Assembly: GCA_050084515.1 (NCBI GenBank)
Contig: CM114271.1
Location: 48,422,001 to 48,486,000, forward strand
Source of the DNA: Blasia pusilla
Lineage: Eukaryota
DNA length: 64,000 nt
Reading direction: 5' to 3'
Shown one piece after another: positions 52,901 to 64,000 of the stretch. The notes beneath the pieces were generated by a model. That model made no database searches. It saw nothing but the letters and a program-made list of their open reading frames with translations, and was not told the origin of the DNA. Every line of letters starts with the position of its first letter. The stretch's first letter is position 1. Both the position numbers and the translations under genes were made by a program.

Positions 52901-54410
52901 GAACTCCAATGTAAAAAGACTTATCTTGTTTTTCTTCTAGTTCTATAAACCCCTCATGTAGTTGCCAGTCCTTGGTATCCACGTCTAACATGCTATTTTC
53001 TGCGGGATTCAGGTGGTGGCAGAGGTTTATGCAAGGCGGTACCTTCATGAGATGAAAGAGGAAGTGGTGGAGTATCTCCGTAAGCAAGGATACTTCTATG
53101 ATCCTGTTCAAAGAGAGGTTAGACTTTCGACCTGGTTCACGAGATACAACTCCATACGAAATTCGGGACTCTCGCTCCTTCACTTTCTGTCTTGGGTGCT
53201 TTCTGATTAATGCGTGTGGATTTCCAAAGCTCGAATCACTTACGGACAAGAGTAGTAGTCACTGTACTAGGAAATTCTTTTGGATATTGAAATTTGCAGC
53301 TCAGATATACTGATTCCTGTGTTTCCTAGTGAGCATAGGGCATATCTGAAGATTTGCGTAGAAGTGAAATCAATTGTTGTATGCAAGTAAGATCGATCCG
53401 ATAATAGTAGGAAATCTCTTAAGATCGTTACGTGCATAGAGTTTGAAGTTTTTCCTATGCCATGATAGATCGAGTTGGAATTCATACCGCCGATGCTCGA
53501 AGGGGTTCGTGGTCATCTTGAAGACATCATGAGATCGCGATTCGTCCTCAGTTACATGGTAGGTCTTTGCTTTCCTACCTTTAAATCATACTTTTAAATG
53601 ATTTCATGGCTTCGTTACTTCTTAGCCAAGTCAAGGAAAATCACTTGCCGGTCCGAAGTCCCAGGGTGCGCAGTAACAGCCAAAATCGATCCCCAGAAGT
53701 AGAGATCGAAAGGTCGTCGTCGTCTCGTTCTTTCCGTCTAAATTTTTATAATTTCTCGATCCATATTTTAACACATAAGAAAAGACCATCACGAAAGAGC
53801 ACAAAGCAATGGTGCTTTTTACAAAGCACGAATTTTTGCTCCTGTAGAAAAATTGAATCGTGGCAGAACAGAGCGACGTTAACAGATCTTTGTCGGTCTT
53901 AAATTCTGTTCTTATTGTTCCACTCCTACACTTTGAACTCGTGCTCTCTGGTCCTCCTTGATCAGTGACAACTGAGGTTCTCGTGTGACAAATGACTTGC
54001 TACAGGTACAAGAGGCTATGATTCCACAAGAAGACGTCTCATTAGAGAACGCATCTGATGGTCTGGAGATGATCTTGGATGGTGTAAATGACATGATTGA
54101 GGCAGGGGATAATTTTGGTGATGCGCCGACCACTGTGGATACCGTCCGCAGTGGTGCTAGGCAAGGGCTGGATGGAAGATTAGAAACCGTACAGCAATTT
54201 CAGTATTCCACCACCGATGTCGTCAGAGGGTTGAGTAATTTGGCCACAACAACAGCAGCTTCAACACATGAATCAGCTGGTCGTGTTTTAGCAGATTTGT
54301 ATAGTGCCGCTGCTTCAGGAACAGCGACAGCCCAGGATAAGACTGGTGGGATTTTAACACATTTGACGAGGGATGCTGGTCCAACAATAAATAATGATGA
54401 AGAGTGGTAG
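49939..54410 (+). CDS. RSP3: Radial spoke protein 3 (multi-exon)
   Basis: NLMFDPRVVRGS; PVKGRKNCDIQ/TDQYLEE; QTDPFLDRPATPLFIP; LFNFDLECEPLLEVLVGRSIEQAVMEVMED; GYFYDPVQRE/IELEFIP. All exons are GT-AG bounded. Assignment of the last exon (about 54006-54410) is less certain. Confidence 0.9.
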
Positions 54411-55587
54411 CTGTTGCAGGGATGTGACATCTCCTTCATCACCAAGCACGTGTCTAACTTTTACAGGTTATGGGAAGGATAGTTTAATTATCTATTCTTC
54501 ACCGATCAAATTCCTCGAAATTAATTTAACATAATGTCCAAAAATTAATTATGGGAGGCAATTTCAAAACTAGTAGTATCTATCCTAAAAAGACGTTGCC
54601 CTTACGTTAAACGAATGGAGCTACGATGCAGGACCACACAACACCATGCAATGAGCAGATTTCTTTTCGTTCCTACCCACTCATTGCTGCGACACGTTTT
54701 AAAGTTTTTGGATGGCATTCTACCTCTGCTGTCGTTGCAGGAATGCTTGTTTTAGAAACGAAAGACAGGAAGGCGAATTCCTGGTATTTCTGGTAGGTTG
54801 AGCCAAGATCTCGACTCATATATACCGTATACCGCCCGCCAGTTGCAGGGAACAGTGAACTCACCGCAGTTTTAGCCATCTTTGTGCATTCCGCAGAGAA
54901 AATAACCGTACTCGTAAAGCAGTAGTGCCTGTCAAAAGCAGTCTTGCGACCGTAGACACTTACACGAGTTACAGCATCCGACTCAATCTGTGTTGCCACA
55001 TGCAATCCAACACCGGGGTTTGCAATCGTATAGAATCCTTGATGTCCGAAAACTCTCAGGACCTCTTGATATACACGTTTGAGTCAGTAGCTTGTCCTCC
55101 ATCAAGCTTTTCCGAAGAACTAGGTAGTACTTTTTGTAAATATGTGTGTCATCCTAGCTTCAAGGTTATATTCCTCCAACTCCAATTTGATACTTCAAGC
55201 TACGTACTTCGCCGAGAAAAGAAATCAGCGACGTGACCGATGCATTTTTAGCAAATGAAGTGGATAGCATTAAGAAGTGCTGAATTCCTCTCGTCTACAA
55301 AGACGATTATGATGTAATAAGTGCTGAGTAGAGCTGTTCGCCGGAGAAATTTCCAACTTCATTTACTCTACCAATTGGTGTGTCTTCTGGCTAAATCATT
55401 TGGACATCGTCTTCCATGGATCTTCATTTATACAGCAAGTGGGTAAAGTCTTCCTCTTCATCATAATTTTGGGTTGACAGAACGAAAAGTGATTTTGGTC
55501 CGAACGGAAAGTAGCATGTATGTAGGAGGAAAGCCCATACAAAGCATATCATTTCATTTGCGACTATCTTGCGAACTGATATGCTAC

Positions 55588-55993
55588 TAGGGGTACTCAT
55601 TTCCGGGTTTCGGCCCCATCCCGGACGCCAGAGTTTTAAGGAGGTGACGTTTGGCGCAGGCTACCTCTTTTGGAACAGGGATGTAATAAAAATGAACTTT
55701 CATGTAAGGATTTGAATTGCACATGAGATATTCAAATTTTACATTGTCTTGGAATTTTAAATTCCATTAATTGAATTTTCTCTCTTAAAATGACATGTGT
55801 CAACATTATAAGAATCTTTAGAAGACAAGTTTCAACATGGGAGGAGGGTTTACTCTAACTCTTTTTTTTAATTATATAGATTGAATGTTATTTTTCTTTA
55901 AAAATACATTTTTAAGATATACACATGCGGACGAGACAAGGTTTCTTTCTATCCCCCGGACTTCTCCCTCACCGAGAGAAATGAGGAGCCCTA
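55588..55993. repeat. Possible degenerate MITE
   Basis: Imperfect TIRs taggggtactcatttc / gaaatgaggagcccta around an AT-rich core. No TSD. Confidence 0.4.
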
Positions 55994-56339
55994 CTATCCA
56001 AATTTGCGTCGCAATGATGCAATGGTGGTACAAATTTGCTAGCTGGTGACTCTTTAGTTTCTTGTGATTGTCAATCCATACATAGCTTGCAGCTACAAAA
56101 TATCGTAAGCTAGTTAGATAATGTTACACTCACAAAGTTTGTTAATGGTTGCAAGGAACATCATAATGTTAAGAGACCAAAATTTTTGGTGATAATTCCA
56201 AAAGTAGAAAAAAGGTTTGTTCTAGTAGTGCAAATATCACTGAAGCTTAGGCCAATCTCAAACCCATTAAAATTTTGAATTTCAACCCATCAAACTACAT
56301 GTTGTCACATCAACTGTGCTAGAATAACCAATATGTTTG

Positions 56340-58888
56340 TAGCGTACGTGGAGAGTTAGATGTCGATCCTAATAAGTAAAGGATGATGTCTTAGGGATAT
56401 GGGGAATCGTCGCAAATAGCTAAGTGTATGGCATCCACACTAACAGGGACCCAGGAAGTGAGTCATAATTTTGGGTCCAAGGAGGAAAGACCTTGGTGTG
56501 ACCCACCAAAGTTGGAACCTAGACTAGCTAGTCGCAATATGAAGGCCAGCGGAACTGACCGTGGGATTGATACTAGGCGAGACTCGCACGTGTCTTGTGA
56601 CTAGCCTTGGGCGAGAAAGGGGCGTAGCTACTTGCAAGGACGAAGGCAAGGTTTGAGACCTTGGAGCCAAGCCCCAAATCAAGGATGAGAAGCGAGCAAC
56701 ACGTGAGTAGTCAAGATGGGTGAAACCCCATGAGACTAGTCACGAAATGCGAAGGGCGGAAAAAAACCGTGAGACACCAAACAAGGAGTCAAGATGTGCG
56801 CTAGCCATGAGACATATGAGACACGAGTCCAAGATTCGTTTAGGAAGCCAAGAGTTGCATAGTTTGTTGGAAGCCTCCGCCAATCTATCTTGATGGATAT
56901 GTGGTTAAATGTCGCTCCACAAGTCACAAACCACGTTTGGGTTGAGGGCCAAAATCAAGGGCCCGAGGGGGACAGTGGGAAGGGTGAGGTTCTCTCATAG
57001 AACCCTAGAAGTATCTATAGGGGGGAGGACACTCTCCCTCCCTACCCGCTCAAGTCCTTGAACCAAGAACTAACCGTGATACAAGTTTGGCCATGTTTTA
57101 GGTTTGAGCTAAGGCACGCATCTTGAGGAATTTGGGGATATTGGTGAGCAACTTGGGGAGAATTGGTCGAGGCTAGGGGAAGAGGCTTCCTAGGGAAACG
57201 ATGTGCACTTGGGGATTGAGATTTGACTCGATCAACACTTGGCAATCTCTTGGCTACCTATAGAACACGCAACCAATTAAGTGAGTTATTGGGACTCAAC
57301 CTAAGTCTTCCGCTTGCAAAGCTCAAAGTCAAGAGTGTTTTGGGAAGAAGCTAGGAGAAGTAGAGATAGGGTCAACTAGAATGTATCTCAACTCATATAC
57401 CATCTCAACATATGCACTCCTCTCCAAATGTTCTTCGAAGATCTCTGATGATACCACACATATGCACAATCTTTCGTCATGTGCTCGAATAACTTCCAAG
57501 TGTTTAAGAAAGTTGCCATTTGGAATTCCAATCTGTGCATTGTCCCAAAGAACATCAATAGAAGTGGTATCCCCCTACTTTGAAGTGCAACATCTCCCCA
57601 CATGTTGATGATCCCCATTAAGGCTTCATTCCTATCGCAAAGAGCTTTTGGAGGTAAAATCACATTGAAGACTCTCATTACATGAAGAGCCTATACTATC
57701 ACCACCACACACAATTGTTGGAATGCCTACCTCAGTTTCTACAATATGAAGGTACTCAAAGACAAACCTCGATCATCTACTCCACTTGAAACCAATGACT
57801 ATTTAGGCATGGGAAGAGACTCAACAACATGTTCGTCAGCCACGTAAGAGCGACCTTCAAAGGTTTCCCTGAATGGAATAGTCTCAATATATGAGAGCCA
57901 ATGCCAACATCACGACTCAAGGTTATTGGAACGCCTTCTGCAACACCCAAAATACATTGTGGAACATCAAGACCTCATCTACTACATCCAAAATTGGGAT
58001 CTTAATAGGAGAAGAAGGAGAATCACTACCCAATATACCTCTCACTCTCTTCTTGCGACTTTTTGGTTCATGTGGAAGTCTCTCCTCGGAGCAAGAGGCA
58101 CCTCCCATGCATTTGGTGCGCATGCTTTTCTTCCTAGACTCTTGTACACGTGTAGAAACAACCTAGTCCTCCCCACTCTTTGTTGAAAATTGTTTGGCAG
58201 CAGATTATATGAGAATCCACCATACATCTCCTCCTTGGGCGCAAAACTTGAAAATCACCAGTATCCTCTATTTTATCTATTGTAAAGTGTAAGAGTTCCT
58301 AGAGCTACCCCCTATTCCAGATTTCTCTCCATTCTTCCTTGACCATTCCAACACTACATCCCTCTTCTACCTTGCATGGGGCATATTTAGAAGCTCATTT
58401 TTCACAATCTTCCTTCACCTCCTCCACATTCCTCCTCTCCAACCATTCATTTAATTGTTACGTAGCCATGAAATCTAAATACTTGGTGGGTTGGCTTCAT
58501 GTCTTTCAAGCCAACCCATAAAATTGTACTTTTTCTCAAGCAATCCAAACAAGTGTTTCCTTCACTTGCTTTGATCTCTCCTCTAGGTGGAAGCAAACCC
58601 AAAGAAACTCCCTCTTTCTTCTCAGTTACTCTCCAATTTTTCTTCATCAACTCCAAATGAAGAAAGTAATTTCCCCCCTTCCAATCTAGTCTATAGAATC
58701 AAGCTCACTAGCTCTCTCAATGGTAGCCAAGAATCACAACACTCTGACATCCACCATAACATTGCTTTCCCCACACTCCCAAATTTTAATAATACACAAC
58801 CAATATTTTCTCTATCCAATAGGTCATCCAAATCTTGGATACAAAGATACTTTGGGAGATCACACTCCATTAAAGCCAACAACATCAA
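56340..58888. repeat. Heavily decayed LTR-retrotransposon remnants
   Basis: 56930-57010 resembles the family C LTR (tgggttgagggccaaaa...). Gag-like ...GGDVWW on - near 58220. No intact ORF. Confidence 0.4.
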
Positions 58889-61800
58889 TGTCGTGCGCAT
58901 AGACATCGCTACACAACATACATCGCTGTCACCAAACACACACACACAAACACGCTGGATCCCATGCTAACTCATGGCATCCAAACAACGAGACAAGAAG
59001 TACCAAAATATCTCCAATTAAAATAAGATCCAATCTCTCTCACAACACTATAGTTCTTACATGTGTGCACTCTCACATGTGTCTCCCAATGTCAAACCAA
59101 ACCCACTCTCCTAATGAGAGGCTTGGGTTACACACACAAGGCAAGCAAGACCATAGCTCCGCCGCCTCATGCCAAGAGGTTTAACAAAGAGAGATCAAGC
59201 TCTCTCTCCTTGAGGTATATCCCTCCCCTCTCCCAAGCTCTTTCCATGGTAACCTGTGCTCCCAAGTCACCTCCTTGGCTCTTGACCTGATGTAGAAGGT
59301 CAAGGGCCACTTATCAAAAATATAAAGTTGATCATATACTCAAAATGGTACTTACCTAAAATAGGAAGTTTCTCAACATGGCTCCAAATGAATCGAAACA
59401 AAGGGGAAACCTGCTCTCTCAGGTTTCTCGGGGCCTCAACACTTCATCCTTGACCTACTAATCATGTCCTCCACTAATCACGAAGGCGCTCTACTAGATC
59501 TCATCGATCTATCCTAAAAGATGTGACAGTTATCGTGCGCATACACATCGCTACACAACATACATCGTTGTCACCGAACACACACACAAACACAAACGAT
59601 CCCATGCTAACTCATGGCATCCAAACAACGAGACAAGAAGTACCAAAATATCTCAAATCGCCCCCCTAGCTGGTGGTTAAGTCCTTCTAACTCTAGATAG
59701 CCATCTATCCTTACCTACCATGACATACATCTCTTGGACGCTAAGAGCAAGAAGGCCGGGTGCTCATGTGGCCCCATCGCTAGTCGCCTTCTTATCATCC
59801 ATGTCACAGACACAAGTCAAAATGTAGAACTACCTACTCTATGTATATCTGGGACACATCCATCATCCCTGAGGAACCCTAGTGAGAGGTGGCGTCAAAC
59901 ATGTCATATGCCATCCTCTCGAACATCCATCAGAGACTAGCATAGTGGCTGCACCATAGGCGGAACCACACAACATACACCGCAAGCCTGCAGAAACTAT
60001 TGCTAAGCTCATATCAACTGTACCTTCAATGTTCGGAAGATGACATGGCACACAGTTACGCACATGGTCCTTCCAAACCATACCGTCGCGTCCCTCCAAT
60101 AAGAGAACATTGGATGGCAAAAACTCATGCACTCTCAAGATGGTGCGCCCTGCAATCACATCCAATGTTGTGGGTGCCGTCTGCTGCAAGTAGATATAGT
60201 CTCCTTGATGAGACCTCCGGATAGTAGGTCGATAACCACCTCCCCGAATAGTCGCATACCTCAACGTATCCCGATGTTGCGCAATCGCCAAGTTCTCAAA
60301 CGCCATGGGCATCACTCTCCGAAACAACTCAACCCTCTCTGAACATGCTCGCACCCATACATGAGGGTCATCAAGGTTCAACACCTCACCAATATCTCGA
60401 CGAATGGCCGCTGGTAAATCTGGCTCTCGACCATAAAGCAACAAGTCGGGTGAGAAAGACGCTTAGGATGCTTGCCTGCTGAATCTGTATCCCATCGCCA
60501 ACCACGGCAACTAAAGGTCCCAATCTCCTAGGTGACCTCTCTGCAAGCCATACTTGCATAGTCTTCTCTTCACCGTCTGCACAACCCGCTCCGCTAGTCC
60601 ATCTGCCTCAGGATGATCTCGCAAAATAGTGCGGTGGTCAATCAGTGCCTAATCACACAAGGCTTGAAACTCCCCGCGGAACTCTGTAACCTGGTCTATC
60701 AACACCTCATTTGCTGCACTGTAATGACTCAACACTCGATCTAAGAAGGCATACGCAACTCCCTCACTCACTTTGTCAGGCAATGCAACCAACTCTATCC
60801 ACTTTGAGAAGTGCTCAACCATCACCAACACATAATGACTATGGCGCTCCGTCAAAGGCAAAGGTCTTGCAAAATCCATACTCCATCTATAACCTAAACC
60901 CATGATCGGAAGTGGATGCAATTGTGGAGTTGGAGCATTGAACGATGCTCGAACTCGATCACACACCATGCATCTGGCAACAAACTGTTGAATGTCAATT
61001 TGCATGCCTTGCCACCAATAATAAATCTGGAGCAAGCTGTACGTCCGCTTCATTCCAAAATGACCCAACTTCTCGTGGGCATGAAACACCAAATGTGCTC
61101 TCTGCAAAGGATGAGGCACTACACGCACTCTACCATCCTCCCACACTCGCAACACATGTGTGCCCTCCCACCGAAACCGTCTGGCTCGTTGTAGGATCCA
61201 ATCCCGCTCTCTAGAAACCATTGTGCTTGCAACGTTGCCAATACGCACGTACTCCAAGACCACTCCATCGTCGTGGATGTCTCGGCCACCTGCCGTCTTC
61301 TCACCGGCCTCTGGATCTAAGGACTCTCCATCAGACCTCGCCATCGAAGTCTCCGCAATCTGGCTCTCCATAGCCAACAAGCCCAAATAGGCTGACGCAT
61401 GCCATCCTGGCACCAACTCCTCATCACTCTCACCATGCCAACAAGCTCCAGTTGCATCTTGCTGTCTCGCGCATGGGTTACGGCTCAAACCATCTGCATC
61501 TTGGTTGAGCGTCCTAGGTCTATGCACCACCTGGAAGTCATACTCTTGCAACAAAAGATCCCACCTCGCAAGCTTCCCTGTAAGCTTGTCGGACTCCATC
61601 AACCACTTAAGTGGTTGATGATCAGTAATGATGGTAAAGGAATTGCCGAATATATAACATCTGGAATGTGCGACAGTCCACACTTCAGCCAAGCACTCAC
61701 CCTCATACGAGCTATACTTTGCCTCTGCAGCATTGTTCGAGCGACTAGCATAAGCCACCACGAACTCTCTACCATCATCGTCATGTTGGGTAAGCACGGC

Positions 61801-64000
61801 TCCAAGCTCCAACATGCTCCAATCGGTATGCAACTGGAAAGGACAACCCCTGATCGGTCTCCTCAATATGGGTGCGGATGTTAATTTGTCCTTGAGCATC
61901 TAAAATGCTCTCTCTTGCTCATCCCCCCAGTGCCACTCGTGATGCACCTTGGTCATCAAGGTTAGCGGCTTTGCAATCGAACTAAAACCCTTGACGTACC
62001 GTCGATAGAAGTTTGCCAATCCCATGAATGCACGAACTTGACTCACATCTGTAGGGCGTGGAATGCGTGAAATAGCCTCTACCTTTGTCTGTTGCACACC
62101 AAGGCCCCCAGGGTATATCGTATGATCCAAGTACTCAATCTGGTCGTAAAAGAACTTGCACTTGCCTGGATGTAGCTTCAACCCATATAACTGCAATCGT
62201 CGAAACATCTCCTCTAGTTGTCGCTCATGCTCCTCAACCGTGGCGCTAAAGACTACGATGTCATCAATATAACACCTAGAAAAATCCAGACCTGCCAAGA
62301 TCCTATCCATGACTCTCTGAAACTCAGCCGGGGCATTCTTTAACCCGAATGGTAAGAACCGCCACAAGTACAAATAATCCTTCCCGTGAGGATCGATGCC
62401 CCAAAATACCGTCTTTTGCCTGTCCTCCAATCTGATAGGCAACTGATGGTATCCGGCTCGCAAATCCAATGAACTGAAGATCTTTGCATGCCCAATCGCA
62501 TCAAAGATCTCCTCAAGGATGGGCATGGCATATCTATGCATACTAAATGCAAAACTAAATGCAAAACAGCTCCTATAACTCCTAAGGAACTGGTGTATCC
62601 AATGCCCCGCTCTCCTCTTGTCAACTTAGGGCCCATATCTGGCTCCCAAGTCTCAATCGTGACTACGATAGGACTCTCTGACACGGATGTCGGTGGTTGC
62701 TATGGTGCAACCCCATCTCGGACAATAGAACTCCCATCTCCACGTGCAGTACCCAGAACCACGCTCGATGTTGTGGCTATCATCTCCTGGCGTACCTACA
62801 AAACATCCAAGGGTGTCTCTCCCAATAACCCCTGGTGTGTTGATCTCCTCGAGTCTTGCCCCCAACCACTACCTCAACCGTCTCAATAGGCATGGGGCTC
62901 ACCAAAGCAACAACTGTGATTTGTCGCATCCTCAAACGACAATGCTCAGCTACTCCTAAGCTAAAAATCCATGTCAAGCAGTTCAGGTCCATCGCCTAAC
63001 CCAAGACATGATGTCGTGATGCCTCACAGGAGCGATAGTGATGGTATTTCCATCACTCCTGTGGGGAATCCTATCACTTGCTCTCGCTCATCGGCGTTGG
63101 GCTTCACCAACCTCTATATCTGGTCATTCCAAACCAAGCCTGGTTCGGCCTCCTTGAATGCATAGGAAGCAAGAAAACTCACCAATGTGGGAAAGGCGGC
63201 TCGTGGCATGCCAATCCTGTTGACCACAATCAACGGCAGTCCATCATCGTGCCTCACTGCCTGTGATCGACGGCTCGGATCCAATATAGAATCCACCAAC
63301 AAATCGGAGGGACGCTCCACTCTCGCATAAGCCCTCCGCAATACCTCATGTGGTACCAAGTTGGTCCACCAAAGATGCGGGCGATGTGCTCGTGAACCCA
63401 CACTCGCTACATCTAACAACACTGCCAAGCCAATCCATGTGCGCACCTGATGTGTACTCGTCACCACGCAGGACCTCGAATCGCCCAAAATTGGCACAGT
63501 TTCCAAAATGTTTGTTGGAGAACGAGATTGATGCTCCTATAAATGTCTCAAGATCCGCATCATCTCCCTAAATAACCTGGATCGAGTGTCAGCTAACTCG
63601 CTACCTTGTCTAGCACTCGATTGGCCTTGACACGGCCAACCAGCAATGGCCAAGTCTATGGTCCCTACCTGCCCGAGTCTTCCGCCCCCAACAATGAAAT
63701 GTCCCTTGGTAGGGAACTTTGGTAACCTTGAATAGCAGACGCAGACAACAAGTTGGGAAAACATAGGCGTAACAGCGCTACATGGTGAAGTGAAGCGCGC
63801 CTCGCAACATCATCAATCTCCACATACAGGTACTGCTGCACTCGCACTCCAGCATGAAAAACAGCAACTAACCTAGTGCTGATCCCTCCAAAGAGATCCA
63901 ACACTCGAATACCCTTCTCTAGGATGCACCACACAATCGGGGTTATGTCCAAAGGGGTCTTAGCAGCACTCTTGCCTACCTGGGGTTCCTCTAACCCGTC
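58889..64000 (-). mobile_element. Second family B DNMT-Gypsy element (3' part; continues beyond the window)
   Basis: Y 58889-59018, X 59019-59528, gt, Y 59531-59658. Then PHD (about 59840-59985), integrase, RNase H (ORF 60649-61899), RT (61900-62541, YIDD) and DNMT. Confidence 0.93.
62940..63952 (-). pseudogene. C5 cytosine DNA methyltransferase domain (DNMT3-like), copy 3
   Basis: IRVLDLFGGIST...YLYVEIDD...LPRDISLL; IDLAIAGWPCQGQS; GSRAHRPHLWWTN. Frameshifted. Confidence 0.92.

Noticed and set aside
52555-52975. About 70-bp imperfect duplication in an RSP3 intron
   Set aside because: An ordinary local duplication with no sign of function.
54673-55560. Coding-like minus-strand stretch downstream of RSP3
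   Set aside because: No family is recognisable and no consistent gene model could be built.
1-64000. tRNA/rRNA genes or bacterial contamination suggested by the methyltransferases
   Set aside because: No RNA gene structure was recognised. The MTase domains sit inside eukaryotic TEs, one of them with spliceosomal introns.

Overview
Eukaryotic genomic DNA, most likely from a land plant with flagellated sperm (bryophyte-like). This is inferred from two spliced ciliary genes plus plant-type TEs. Bases 1-39.7 kb and 56-64 kb are nested, decayed transposons. They flank a gene island (40.2-54.4 kb) holding IFT74 (- strand) and RSP3 (+ strand) head-to-head. Two unusual methyltransferase-carrying mobile elements stand out. 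(1) A Ty3/Gypsy-type family (15.1-28.9 kb, 58.9->64 kb, plus an old deleted relative at 32-35.4 kb). Its polyprotein reads gag-PR-[DNMT3-like C5 cytosine methyltransferase]-RT-RNaseH-integrase-[PHD finger]. Its ends are not ordinary LTRs but a split-direct-repeat layout, X-internal-Y-NN-X-Y, with no tRNA PBS. (2) A Mutator-like DNA element of more than 12 kb (2.4-15.1 kb). It pairs a DDE/SWIM transposase with a divergent spliced gene encoding a ParB-like domain and a putative N6A/N4C methyltransferase-like domain. Dozens of 27-bp palindromes occur only in its introns and intergenic DNA. All TE ORFs here are pseudogenised. Domain calls come from motif recognition by eye, not database searches.
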